Source: Gammaproteobacteria bacterium
GTDB taxonomy: Bacteria > Pseudomonadota > Gammaproteobacteria > Poriferisulfidales > GCA-002705445
Length of the DNA: 64,000 nt
Direction of reading: 5' to 3'
NCBI GenBank assembly: GCA_018675635.1
Contig: JABGXU010000008.1
Span: 195,588 to 259,587 of the forward strand
Shown here: positions 19,013-28,556 of the stretch, one piece after another
How positions within the stretch are numbered: position 1 is the stretch's first letter
Layout of the letters: each line of letters begins with the position of its first letter
The notes under the pieces: model-generated
The model's input: only the letters and a program-made list of their open reading frames with translations
What the model was told of the DNA's origin: nothing
Databases searched by the model: none
Position numbers and translations under genes: made by a program

Positions 19013-19088
19013 TGGTGGCTCGGGGCAGAATTGAACTGCCGACACGAGGATTTTCAGTCCACTGCTCTACCAACTGAGCTACCAAGCC
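19013..19088 (-). tRNA. pheT: tRNA-Phe (anticodon GAA)
   Basis: The minus-strand sequence is GGCTTGGTAGCTCAGTTGGTAGAGCAGTGGACTGAAAATCC...GTTCAATTCTGCCCCGAGCCACCA. It folds as a cloverleaf with a 7-bp acceptor stem containing one G-U pair, the anticodon loop CUGAAAA, the T-loop GTTCAATTC and an encoded CCA. Confidence 0.9.
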
Positions 19089-19276
19089 GTTATTCATTTA
19101 TAATTCATTATGAAAAAAGTGAGTATACACTAATGTATTAATAGATGAAGTTATGTTTTTAATGATAAATTTTTTTATATTTTTTCATCAATATGAAATA
19201 TATTAGATATTCATTATATTCGAATAATGGTATTTATTATAAATATTCAGTGAGTTTTTTTTATTTCTAAATTAAT

Positions 19277-19540
19277 TTATTTTGGTTTAAATTCCTTAGG
19301 GAGCTCTGAACCTCTGCCAAATAAAAATTTTTCCATTTCTTCTTCTAAAAAAGTTCTAGCTTTTGGTTCCATAGGTGTCAGTCTATTTTCATTAATAAGC
19401 ATGGTCATATGCTTCACCCAAAGAGCCCATGCTTCTTTCGAAATATTTTCAAAAATTTTTTTACCTAATTCTCCAGGATATGTAGGTCTATCTAAACCTC
19501 CCAACTCTTTATTAAGCATTAAACAATTTACAGTACGCAT
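19277..19540 (-). CDS. yggX: Fe(2+)-trafficking protein YggX
   Basis: [31 protein letters not shown] aligns with E. coli YggX [31 protein letters not shown]. Confidence 0.9.
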   Translation of the reverse strand: MRTVNCLMLNKELGGLDRPTYPGELGKKIFENISKEAWALWVKHMTMLINENRLTPMEPKARTFLEEEMEKFLFGRGSELPKEFKPK

Positions 19541-19743
19541 TAGGAAAGTTCCTCCGTCATTTTATTATAACCGATTTAACTGGTTTTGAAGATGCAATAT
19601 TATCATAAATATTTTTCCAGTAATATTTATCAATTGTTATATTATTTATTGATTTCGTTTTAATAACAGAAACATTCATTTTAATATGTGTTAAATTATG
19701 TCTGCCATTATTTTTATGACAGCTAATTAAGTTATAAGAAAAA

Positions 19744-20229
19744 TTATTTTTTTGATCTTTTCCATTCACCAGAGGCGCCACCTTTCTTAGATTCAAGCAT
19801 AATATCACCTATAATCATTCCTCTATCGATAGATTTACACATATCGTATATTGTTAACAGTCCTATTTGTACAGCGGTAAGAGCTTCCATCTCCACACCT
19901 GTTTGTCCAGTTGTTTCAACAATTGCTTCGCATGATACAAACTTTTTTGTAGAATTAATTTTAAAAATAACTTTAACTGAAGATAAGTTTATATTATGAC
20001 AAAGCGGTATTAGTTCAGATGTTTTTTTTGATGATGTAATTGCAGCAATTCGTGCGATTCCAAGCACGTCTCCTTTTTTATGTGTTCCATCTTTAATTTT
20101 GTTAATAGAAATTACGGACATGAAGATTTTGCCGCTAGCAACAGCTATTCTATTCGTGATATCCTTATCTTTAATATCAACCATTTGGGCATCTCCAGTT
20201 TTAGTAAAATGCGTAAGGTTTTTTTTCAT
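19744..20229 (-). CDS. moaC: cyclic pyranopterin monophosphate synthase MoaC
   Basis: LTHFTKTGDAQMVDIKDK and the C-terminal KGGASGEW are present. I placed the start at ATG 20229 (MKKNLTHF) rather than the longer ORF start. Confidence 0.85.
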   Translation of the reverse strand: MKKNLTHFTKTGDAQMVDIKDKDITNRIAVASGKIFMSVISINKIKDGTHKKGDVLGIARIAAITSSKKTSELIPLCHNINLSSVKVIFKINSTKKFVSCEAIVETTGQTGVEMEALTAVQIGLLTIYDMCKSIDRGMIIGDIMLESKKGGASGEWKRSKK

Positions 20230-20266
20230 TTTAATAAATTTTATTTTTTTATAGTGTAACAAAAAT

Positions 20267-20500
20267 ATGAATATAAAAGTAATTTACTTAGCAAGATTAT
20301 CAGAAGACTTAGGTAAAAAAGAAGAGTATATAGAATTAACAGAAAACAAGTCTTCAATTAGAGATATTTTTTTAAAACTTAAGCTAGATAAATTTGATTA
20401 TCAGATTTATTCAGCTAAAAACTATGAGCATGCTAGCTTAGATTCTATTGTAGTAGAAAAAGATGAAATTGCTTTTTTCCCAACAATAACCGGCGGTTGA
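20267..20500 (+). CDS. moaD: molybdopterin synthase sulfur-carrier subunit MoaD (ThiS/MoaD family)
   Basis: A 77-aa protein ending in Gly-Gly, divergent from moaC. Confidence 0.7.
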   Translation: MNIKVIYLARLSEDLGKKEEYIELTENKSSIRDIFLKLKLDKFDYQIYSAKNYEHASLDSIVVEKDEIAFFPTITGG

Positions 20501-20505
20501 AAATT

Positions 20506-21873
20506 TTAGTTTATTAAGAGAAAGGCAGTTCTATTTTTTCTTTGAACATGAAGTACTATTCCAGAATCGTTTTTCCCAGCAATAATTTCTAAATCTTTAA
20601 TTTTTTGAACAGGAATATTATTTATTGATAATATTATATCATTGACTCTAATGCCCACTGAGTATGCTGGGCTATCTTTTTTTATTTTAGTAACTTTTAT
20701 ACCACTAATTTTCCCATATTCTGGCATATTCTCTAAAATTTCACTAAAAACCATTCCTTGCAACCTAGGATTTATTTTAATGCCAGTTTTATCTGATATT
20801 TTTGGTTCAACTATTTTTACTTTAATTTTAAGTATTTTTCCTTTTCTATTTACTTCCATAAGAATATTGGTATTAATTTTCAGAAGGCCAATTTTATTTC
20901 TCATTGAAGCAGCATTTTCAATTTTTTTGTTATTTAATTTTGTTATTACATCACCAATTTGTATACCTGCTTTATCAGCAGGAGAATTTTTTTGTACTTG
21001 GGTAACTATTGCTCCTTTTTCTGTATTTATCCCAAATGCTTTTGATAAGTCTTTGGTTAGATCTTGTGCGGCGACGCCAAGATAACCTCTTTTTACTTTA
21101 CCGTATTTAATTAATTGATCGGTAATATCTAGAGCCATATTTATTGGTATAGCTAAACCTATCCCAACACTTCCTGAGCTTCCTCTAGATCCTATTATCG
21201 CAGTATTAATACCTACAATCTCTCCTTTTAAATTAACTAATGCTCCACCAGAGTTGCCAGGATTTATAGATGCATCTGTTTGTATGAAATTTTCATAAGC
21301 CTCAATTCCTAAACCAGACCTTCCTAAGGCGCTTATTATTCCAGAAGTTACTGTTTGGCCAATACCAAATGGATTCCCAATAGCTACGACAAAATCCCCA
21401 ACTCTAGATTTTTCAGAATTTGCAAATTTTAATGATTGAAGGTTATCTGGTGTAATTTTTATTATGGCAATATCAGATGCAGGGTCTGTCCCTACTAAAC
21501 TAGCTTTAAATTCTCTACCATCCTGCAGTTTAACTTTAATATCTTTAGCTTTTGCAATTACATGATTGTTAGTAATAATATAGCCTTTTTTACTGTCTAT
21601 GATAACGCCAGAGCCTAGCCCAGCTCTGTTTTTCTTTTTAGATTGTTGTTGACCTGGAATATTAAAAAATTTTCTAAGAAAAGGATCATCAATGTATTGG
21701 TTTTTTTCTTCAGCTTCTCTAATAGTATAAATATTTACAACTGCAGGCGTAACATTTTCTAACATTGGAGCTAAGGAAGGAACACCAGCACTGAATAAAT
21801 TAGATGTGTTTGCAAATAATGTTGTAGATGTAAGGATCAATACTATAAGTAATAATTTTTTTAGAATTTTCAT
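20506..21873 (-). CDS. degP: periplasmic serine endoprotease DegP/HtrA family with two PDZ domains
   Basis: A signal peptide, the catalytic GNSGGALVNLKGEIVGINTAI motif and two PDZ-like segments are present. Confidence 0.9.
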   Translation of the reverse strand: MKILKKLLLIVLILTSTTLFANTSNLFSAGVPSLAPMLENVTPAVVNIYTIREAEEKNQYIDDPFLRKFFNIPGQQQSKKKNRAGLGSGVIIDSKKGYIITNNHVIAKAKDIKVKLQDGREFKASLVGTDPASDIAIIKITPDNLQSLKFANSEKSRVGDFVVAIGNPFGIGQTVTSGIISALGRSGLGIEAYENFIQTDASINPGNSGGALVNLKGEIVGINTAIIGSRGSSGSVGIGLAIPINMALDITDQLIKYGKVKRGYLGVAAQDLTKDLSKAFGINTEKGAIVTQVQKNSPADKAGIQIGDVITKLNNKKIENAASMRNKIGLLKINTNILMEVNRKGKILKIKVKIVEPKISDKTGIKINPRLQGMVFSEILENMPEYGKISGIKVTKIKKDSPAYSVGIRVNDIILSINNIPVQKIKDLEIIAGKNDSGIVLHVQRKNRTAFLLIN

Positions 21874-21883
21874 TGTTTTTTAG

Positions 21884-22369
21884 TTACGTTTTATTTTCAA
21901 ATTTTCCTAAATCTATATTTTTTCTGACATTATCAGATCGAAATACTCTTCCACTCATTGCAATATAAACACCATTTTCTAAACTTACAGCAGCAGCATA
22001 TGCAAATCCAGAATTAAATATAGCATCTGTTTTTCTAAATCTTGCTGGTTGCATAGAGCCTGTAAGAACTATAGTTTTATTTTCAATGTTTTCTAAGCAC
22101 TTTGCTGTTTCTATCATCGTGTCAGTTCCATGAGTAATTATAATTTTATCTTCTTCGCAATTTTTTACAGCATTTTTTATTATTTCCCTTTCTTCTTGGG
22201 TTATATCTAAACTATCTTTTTTTAAAATTGATTGTACTCGGTAGTCAGAAGTAACGTTTCCTTCATCAAGTATAGATGATATACAAGGTTCGCCAATACT
22301 ATATTCACTATTGGCATCAAAATAAACTTTGTCAAATGTGCCCCCGGTCGTAAGGATTGCTACTTTCAT
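21884..22369 (-). CDS. asparaginase N-terminal-domain-only protein (161 aa)
   Basis: ILTTGGT and IIITHGTDTM are the L-asparaginase hallmark threonine motifs, but the protein ends after the N-terminal domain. The start was moved to ATG 22369 (MKVAILTTGGT). It lies 11 nt upstream of degP in the same orientation. Confidence 0.6.
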   Translation of the reverse strand: MKVAILTTGGTFDKVYFDANSEYSIGEPCISSILDEGNVTSDYRVQSILKKDSLDITQEEREIIKNAVKNCEEDKIIITHGTDTMIETAKCLENIENKTIVLTGSMQPARFRKTDAIFNSGFAYAAAVSLENGVYIAMSGRVFRSDNVRKNIDLGKFENKT

Positions 22370-22484
22370 ATTAATATACTCCAATACAATTAATGCTATG
22401 TTATTATGTCGAGATTGTAATTCTTCATAAAAATAGGAAATAAGCAAATTTATTTTATTTATTTAATAACTTGGAATATTTAAT

Positions 22485-23201
22485 ATGAGAAAAAATGGAA
22501 GAAAGCCTAACCAACTAAGGGATATAAGGATTACTAAGGATTATATTTCTCACCCAGAAGGATCGGTATTAGTCGAGTTTGGTAAAACAAAAGTTATTTG
22601 TAATGCCACAGTTGATAATAATGTTCCAAGATTTCTTAAGGGGCAAAGTACTGGTTGGGTTACAGCTGAATATGGAATGCTTCCAAGATCAACCAATGAA
22701 AGGATGAGAAGAGAGGCAAAAAATAGACAGAGTGGTAGAACCATGGAAATTCAAAGATTAATTGGGAGATCTTTAAGGTCTGCAGTAAATTTGGACAAAA
22801 TTGGCGAAAGAACAATAACAATTGATTGCGATGTAATTCAGGCTGATGGCGGAACCAGAACTGCGTCAATTACTGGGGGCTTTGTAGCGCTTTATTTAGC
22901 CGTCAGAAATTTAGATAGCGAAGATTTTAGTTCGGCTGATGCAATTAAGTCTTTTACTGGGTCTGTTTCGTTAGGTAAAGTTAATAATGAAATTGTTCTA
23001 GATCTTGATTACGAAGAAGATTCAAACGCTGAAACAGATATGAATTTTGTGATGAATGAAGATGGAAATTTTATTGAGATTCAGGGAACTGCTGAAGCTG
23101 GTTTTTTTTCGCAGGATGAATTAAATCAAATGATATCTTTGGCTACTGAAGGTATAAGATCTATTATTGAGATTCAAAAAAATGCTCTAAATAGTGTATG
23201 A
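22485..23201 (+). CDS. rph: ribonuclease PH
   Basis: The N-terminus [12 protein letters not shown] and the C-terminal [14 protein letters not shown] motif are present. Confidence 0.95.
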   Translation: MRKNGRKPNQLRDIRITKDYISHPEGSVLVEFGKTKVICNATVDNNVPRFLKGQSTGWVTAEYGMLPRSTNERMRREAKNRQSGRTMEIQRLIGRSLRSAVNLDKIGERTITIDCDVIQADGGTRTASITGGFVALYLAVRNLDSEDFSSADAIKSFTGSVSLGKVNNEIVLDLDYEEDSNAETDMNFVMNEDGNFIEIQGTAEAGFFSQDELNQMISLATEGIRSIIEIQKNALNSV

Positions 23202-23803
23202 ATAAAATTGTTATTGCCTCAAATAATCAGCATAAAATTAATGAATTTAATAAAATCTTAGGCCGCGAGGATGTGAAATTCATATCCCAGTCTGAGCTCA
23301 ATATTACTGAAGCAGCTGAGACTGGTTTAACATTTGTAGAAAATGCTATATTAAAAGCAAGAAATGCTTGTTTATTTTCAGGTATACCATCAATTGCAGA
23401 TGATTCAGGGATTGAAGTCGATGCTTTATCAGGAAGACCAGGTATTTATTCAGCTAGATATGCAGGTGATAATTGCGATGATTATGCAAACAATAAATTA
23501 TTACTAAAGGAACTTTCAAATGTTCCTTTTGAAAGAAGAAACGCAAGATATCATTGCGCAATAGTTTTTTTAAGTAAACATGATTGTTCAATGCCAAAAA
23601 TATTTAATGCAACATGGGAGGGTGTTATTGGAAGCAAGGAAATAGGTGATAATGGATTTGGTTACGATCCATTATTCTTTTTACCAACGCTAAATTGCAC
23701 CGCTGCTGAGCTCTCAGAAGATGAAAAAAATACAATTAGCCATCGTGGTAAAGCTTTGAATTTGTTTAAAAAAGAAATTAAGGAAATAATATTAAAATAC
23801 TAG
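23198..23803 (+). CDS. rdgB: dITP/XTP pyrophosphatase RdgB (Ham1 family)
   Basis: The motifs [17 protein letters not shown] and SHRGKA are present, the start has an ATGA overlap with rph, and the rph-rdgB pair is conserved. Confidence 0.9.
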   Translation: MNKIVIASNNQHKINEFNKILGREDVKFISQSELNITEAAETGLTFVENAILKARNACLFSGIPSIADDSGIEVDALSGRPGIYSARYAGDNCDDYANNKLLLKELSNVPFERRNARYHCAIVFLSKHDCSMPKIFNATWEGVIGSKEIGDNGFGYDPLFFLPTLNCTAAELSEDEKNTISHRGKALNLFKKEIKEIILKY

Positions 23804-23880
23804 CTATTTTTTATATAAATAATGTAAATTTTTATTGATTTTTTTAATTTTCTTCTAAATCTAGCATGGAATAAGGTTAT

Positions 23881-24085
23881 TTATTCACAGTTATTTTTTT
23901 GTCAACTTCTTTTATAAATTTATTAAAAATAAATTAGCGTTAAAAATTATTAATTTTTATTTAATAAAATCAATAAGTTATATTGTACAAAAAATGAACA
24001 ATTTAGTAATTATTAAAGAATGTTTGCCGTGTGATTAAAAAACTAAGTTTTTTGCACAGACTTATCCACAATTTTTGTGGATATA
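23881..24085. promoter_or_regulatory. cluster of three DnaA-box-like 9-mers in a 460-nt AT-rich intergenic region upstream of rpmE
   Basis: TTATTCACA lies at 23881-23889 and TTATCCACA at 24062-24070. TGTGGATAT, the reverse complement of ATATCCACA, lies at 24077-24085. The last two form an inverted pair with a 6-nt spacer. Confidence 0.4.
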
Positions 24086-24267
24086 AAAAATATCCTTAAA
24101 AACAGTAATTTATATAGATATATTAAAATTTATTACCAAATAATAGGCTAACTATGGTAAAAATACCTACCAATTCATTATATTATTATTGTCTTATAGA
24201 CGATATTACTTGTAGGTATTTAGTTCTTTAGGTATTATTCACTCTCTTAATTTACAATAAAGATATT

Positions 24268-24474
24268 ATGCAAAAAAATATTCATCCAAAATATAATGAA
24301 ATAGAGGTTGTTTGTAGTTGTGGTAACAAATTTATAACAAAATCTACATATAAAGACTCGGTTCTTTCTATAGACGTATGTTCTCAATGTCATCCTTTTT
24401 ATACTGGAAAGCAAAAGATATTAGATACCGCAGGTCAGGTAGATAAGTTTAAAAAGAGATATAGCAAAACATAA
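24268..24474 (+). CDS. rpmE: 50S ribosomal protein L31
   Basis: MQKNIHPKY... with a CxxC...CxxC zinc ribbon; 68 aa. Confidence 0.95.
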   Translation: MQKNIHPKYNEIEVVCSCGNKFITKSTYKDSVLSIDVCSQCHPFYTGKQKILDTAGQVDKFKKRYSKT

Positions 24475-24526
24475 ATTTTATCTAATTCTGCTTTATATTC
24501 ATTGTTTTTTTCGGCAATATTAGCTT

Positions 24527-25993
24527 ATGGATAGACGCGGATTTTTAAAAGCTTCAACTTTATTTTCATTATCTGGAATATTGCCCTCCTGTGCAACTAA
24601 TCCAGTAACTGGTGAAACGGATCTAATGCTTTTATCTGAAGATGAGGAAGCAGAATTAGGAAGAACTTCTCATATCGAAGTGATGAAAGCTTATAGGCCT
24701 TACATAAACCCTGAATTGGTAAAATACGTAACTTCATTGGGTGAAAAATTAGCTTCGGTTAGCCATAGAAAGGAGTTAATTTATCATTTTACAGTTTTAG
24801 ATAGCCCGCACGTCAATGCTTTTGCTATACCTGGAGGCTATATTTATATAACTAGGGGTATGATGGCTTATTTAGGAAGTGAGGCAGAGTTATGTGGTGT
24901 TTTAGGCCATGAGCTTGGGCACATTACAGCGAGACATGGTGTAAAACAGTATTCTAAAAATCAAGTTACAAATATTTTTTCAACCGTATTTTCAATATTA
25001 ATTGGTAGTAGGCAACTAGCAAATATAAGTCAATTAGCTACAGCAGCCATATTAAGAGGATTTGGAAGAGAGGCTGAGTTAGAAGCCGATAGAGTAGGAG
25101 CTGAGTATTTAGGAAACCTTGGGTATGATCCTGACGCTTTAATAAATGTTATAGCTGTTCTTAAAAACCAAGAAGAGTTTGATAAAGTTCTAGCCAAAGA
25201 AGAGAATAGAGAACCTTATGCATATCATGGAGTATTTTCTACACATCCTAATAATGATAAAAGACTGCAGGAAGTTATAAAAGCTGTAAAAGATAATTTT
25301 AGTGAAAAAACTATAGATGAAAATAAAGAAAAATATTTAAGAATTATTGATGGAATGCCTTTTGGACCTGGTGACGGGCAAGGTTCAGCAAGAGGCTCAA
25401 GTTTTTATCATGCAGATCTAGATTTTACAGTTAAATTTCCAAAAGATTGGAAAATAGAAAATTTGCCAACTACTGTATTGTCAACTTCAAAGAATAGAGA
25501 AACATTAATAGAATTATCTATGAGAGATTTAAATAGAAAAATTTCTGCAGAAGAATTAGTAAAAAGACTTTATGGCAAACATGTAACTGGGGGTAAAAAT
25601 ATAATTACACCAGATTATAACGGGTATGCAGCAAATGTAGAGCTTGATACTTCTTTTGGAAAAAGTCATAAATGTAGAGTAGCTATATTATATAAAAATA
25701 AAAAAGAGGCGTTTCAATTTATTGCAACTACTAAATCAGAATCTGATTTTGAAAAATACATTGATGATTTTGATAAAACTATTAGAAGTATAAGAAAACT
25801 AAAAACAGAAGAGAAGGAGCTGGGGCAGTCAAAAAAGATAAAAATGTATAAAGTTAAAAAAGGAGATACCTTTAGAGGCCTGTCTGCAAAAAGTTCTTTC
25901 AGTACACATGCAGAAAATAGACTTAGAGTCCTTAATAATATGTACCCATCAGGAGAACCAATACCTGGTAATTATATAAAATTAGTATATTAA
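24527..25993 (+). CDS. M48-family zinc metallopeptidase lipoprotein with TAT-type signal and C-terminal LysM domain
   Basis: The features are an MDRRGFLKAS twin-arginine motif, an LPSC lipobox, the HELGHITARH HExxH motif and a C-terminal YKVKKGDTFRGLSAK LysM-like segment. Confidence 0.8.
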   Translation: MDRRGFLKASTLFSLSGILPSCATNPVTGETDLMLLSEDEEAELGRTSHIEVMKAYRPYINPELVKYVTSLGEKLASVSHRKELIYHFTVLDSPHVNAFAIPGGYIYITRGMMAYLGSEAELCGVLGHELGHITARHGVKQYSKNQVTNIFSTVFSILIGSRQLANISQLATAAILRGFGREAELEADRVGAEYLGNLGYDPDALINVIAVLKNQEEFDKVLAKEENREPYAYHGVFSTHPNNDKRLQEVIKAVKDNFSEKTIDENKEKYLRIIDGMPFGPGDGQGSARGSSFYHADLDFTVKFPKDWKIENLPTTVLSTSKNRETLIELSMRDLNRKISAEELVKRLYGKHVTGGKNIITPDYNGYAANVELDTSFGKSHKCRVAILYKNKKEAFQFIATTKSESDFEKYIDDFDKTIRSIRKLKTEEKELGQSKKIKMYKVKKGDTFRGLSAKSSFSTHAENRLRVLNNMYPSGEPIPGNYIKLVY

Positions 25994-25994
25994 T

Positions 25995-27572
25995 ATGAAA
26001 CTAAAATATTTTTTTTTCAATTTTTTATTTTTTTTGGTTTTATGTCTAATATCTAACAACTCTTATTCAGATAACATTTTTAGTTCTATCAATAAAAATA
26101 CTAAAACTTTTTTAAAAATAGATGATGCGTTTAAAGTGTCTTTATTTCAAAAAAATAAAGAATTAATAATAATTAATTATAAAATTCATAATGGTTATTA
26201 TTTATACAAAGATAAGATAAAATTATTTATTAATGATAAAGAATTTTATGATTTTAGTACTCCAGCGTCAAAAACTAAAGAAGATGAATTTTTTGGCATA
26301 AGTGAAATATATGACTCAGATTTTATAATTTCTGTAAATTATCCAGGAAATATATATTCTCTAGTGGTTCATTACCAAGGTTGCGCAAATAAGGGATTAT
26401 GTTACCCCCCAATGAAAAAAGAATTAATTTCGTCTTACTTAAGTAAAAAAAAGGATTTTGTTAAAATTAAAGTATCTGAGCCTGATTATATTTTTGAAAA
26501 AATATTATCAAATAATATTTTTATAAATATTTTATTATTTATTGGTTTTGGATTATTGCTTTCTTTCACACCATGTATTCTTCCAATGATTCCTATATTA
26601 TCTGGTGTAATTTTGAAATCTAATGCAATAAACACTAAAAACTCTTTTTTATTATCTTTTTATTATGTTCTAGGCTTAACTTTTGTTTACTTATTAATGG
26701 GTTTATTTTTAGGTTATGCAGCAAGTATTTACAATATACAAAGCGTGTTTCAAAAACCTATTTATTTATTAATATTTATTTTTATTCTTATAGCGCTTTC
26801 TTTTTCTATGTTTGGGTTTTATGAAATTAGAATTCCTAGAAACATACAAGGATGGGCAATATCTTTTAGCGATAAAACGAACACTGGGAAATATAGTAGT
26901 TCTTTTGTGATGGGTTTTGTGTCTGCATTAATTGTTGGGCCATGTGTTGCGCCTCCATTAGCTGGAATTTTTTTATATGTTACTGCAGAAAATCCTGGTT
27001 CATTAGTAACAGGTATACTTTTCTTTAGCTTAGGGCTAGGAATGAGTATTCCATTATTAGTCTATGGAACATTTATTGGTAAATATGTGCCAAAAACAGG
27101 TAAATGGATGAAATATATTAATTATTTTATAGGAGTTTTGCTATTATTTGTTGCACTTACATTTATTGATAGATTAGTGCCAATTTTAAAATTCAGTAGC
27201 CAAGAATCTAATTTAATTTTTAAAAAAGTTGAAAATGTTAAAGATCTTAAGAGGTATTTAAGATTAGATAATGATAAGATAACTCTAGTTGACGTGTACG
27301 CAGACTGGTGTGTTGAATGCAAGTTGATGGAGCAAAAAACTTTTAGTAATACTGAGGTAGAAAGTTTACTAAAAGATTTAAATTTACTTAAAGTAGACGT
27401 TACAAATAATAAAAAAGAAGACGTTGAGATATTGAAATATTTAAAAGTTATAGGACCACCAGCGTACAAATTTTTTGATATTCATGGAGATGAAATTAAA
27501 GCATATGGAATTCAAGGATATATGGGGCCATTAGAATTCAAGTTACATTTGCAAGAATTAAAAAATCATTGA
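25995..27572 (+). CDS. dsbD: thiol:disulfide interchange protein DsbD
   Basis: An N-terminal periplasmic domain, a central TM domain with CILP...CVAPP cysteines and a C-terminal thioredoxin domain WCVEC are present. Confidence 0.85.
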   Translation: MKLKYFFFNFLFFLVLCLISNNSYSDNIFSSINKNTKTFLKIDDAFKVSLFQKNKELIIINYKIHNGYYLYKDKIKLFINDKEFYDFSTPASKTKEDEFFGISEIYDSDFIISVNYPGNIYSLVVHYQGCANKGLCYPPMKKELISSYLSKKKDFVKIKVSEPDYIFEKILSNNIFINILLFIGFGLLLSFTPCILPMIPILSGVILKSNAINTKNSFLLSFYYVLGLTFVYLLMGLFLGYAASIYNIQSVFQKPIYLLIFIFILIALSFSMFGFYEIRIPRNIQGWAISFSDKTNTGKYSSSFVMGFVSALIVGPCVAPPLAGIFLYVTAENPGSLVTGILFFSLGLGMSIPLLVYGTFIGKYVPKTGKWMKYINYFIGVLLLFVALTFIDRLVPILKFSSQESNLIFKKVENVKDLKRYLRLDNDKITLVDVYADWCVECKLMEQKTFSNTEVESLLKDLNLLKVDVTNNKKEDVEILKYLKVIGPPAYKFFDIHGDEIKAYGIQGYMGPLEFKLHLQELKNH

Positions 27573-27636
27573 TTTAAAACAAATATCATGTTATTTTAAA
27601 GAAGATAACCGAAATTAGACGAATTTAGAAGAAATT

Positions 27637-28083
27637 ATGAGTACAATCCTTATTCTTAATGGGCCGAACCTTAACCTTTTGGGTGAGCGCGAGCCTGAAA
27701 TATATGGGCATGACTCTTTGAAAGATATTTCAGATAACCTAGATAAAGTAGCAAAAAAAATAGATGTGACTTTAAATCATCAGCAATTTAATTCTGAATC
27801 AGAATTAATTGATACTATACATATAGCGTCAAAAGAAAAAATAGATTTTATTATATTTAACCCTGGAGCTTTTACGCATACAAGTATTGCATTAAGAGAT
27901 GCATTATTAGGAGTTTCAATACCTTTTATTGAAATTCACATTTCTAATGTTTTTGCTAGAGAAGACTTTAGAAAGCAGTCTTATTTGTCTGATATAGCTA
28001 TCGGAGTAATTTCAGGACATGGAATTTACGGATATGAACTAGCCTTAATGTCAGCTTTAAATATTATTGATAAAGGAAAATAA
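27637..28083 (+). CDS. aroQ: 3-dehydroquinate dehydratase type II
   Basis: [21 protein letters not shown] is present, and the gene forms the conserved aroQ-accB-accC block. Confidence 0.95.
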   Translation: MSTILILNGPNLNLLGEREPEIYGHDSLKDISDNLDKVAKKIDVTLNHQQFNSESELIDTIHIASKEKIDFIIFNPGAFTHTSIALRDALLGVSIPFIEIHISNVFAREDFRKQSYLSDIAIGVISGHGIYGYELALMSALNIIDKGK

Positions 28084-28085
28084 TT

Positions 28086-28553
28086 GTGGATATAAGAAAA
28101 GTAAAAAAATTAATGGAGATGCTTGAGGAATCAGATTTAGAAGAAATGGAAATTATAGAGGGTGAAGAATCGATTCGCCTTAGCAAGACATCAAGTAATA
28201 TAGCTGTAAATACCACAAACCCAATACCAGATAATATAAATTCAAATAGCACTACACAGAGTCAAAACAAAGTTAGTAATCTAGACTCTGCAGGTTCGGA
28301 GGAAATTTTACGAGTATCTGGTCATGAAATAAAATCACCGATGGTTGGAACTTTTTACGAAGCAGCTGTACCTGGGTCCAAGCCATTTGTAAGCGTTGGA
28401 GATAATGTAAAGATCGGAGATACTCTTTGTATTATAGAGGCAATGAAAATGCTAAATCAAATTGAAGCTGATAAATCAGGCGTCATAAAATCTATTCTTG
28501 TAGAAAATGCTCAACCCGTAGAATTTAATCAAGTTTTATTCATAGTAGAGTAG
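28086..28553 (+). CDS. accB: acetyl-CoA carboxylase biotin carboxyl carrier protein
   Basis: [16 protein letters not shown] is near-identical to E. coli AccB at the N-terminus, and the [15 protein letters not shown] biotinyl-lysine motif is present. The start is GTG. Confidence 0.95.
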   Translation: MDIRKVKKLMEMLEESDLEEMEIIEGEESIRLSKTSSNIAVNTTNPIPDNINSNSTTQSQNKVSNLDSAGSEEILRVSGHEIKSPMVGTFYEAAVPGSKPFVSVGDNVKIGDTLCIIEAMKMLNQIEADKSGVIKSILVENAQPVEFNQVLFIVE

Positions 28554-28556
28554 AAA

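Noticed and set aside
19557-19808. 83-aa minus-strand ORF between yggX and moaC
   Set aside because: Its 5' part overlaps the well-supported moaC C-terminus in another frame. The remaining roughly 40 codons have no ribosome-binding site and no motif. It is probably the non-coding spacer plus the yggX promoter region.
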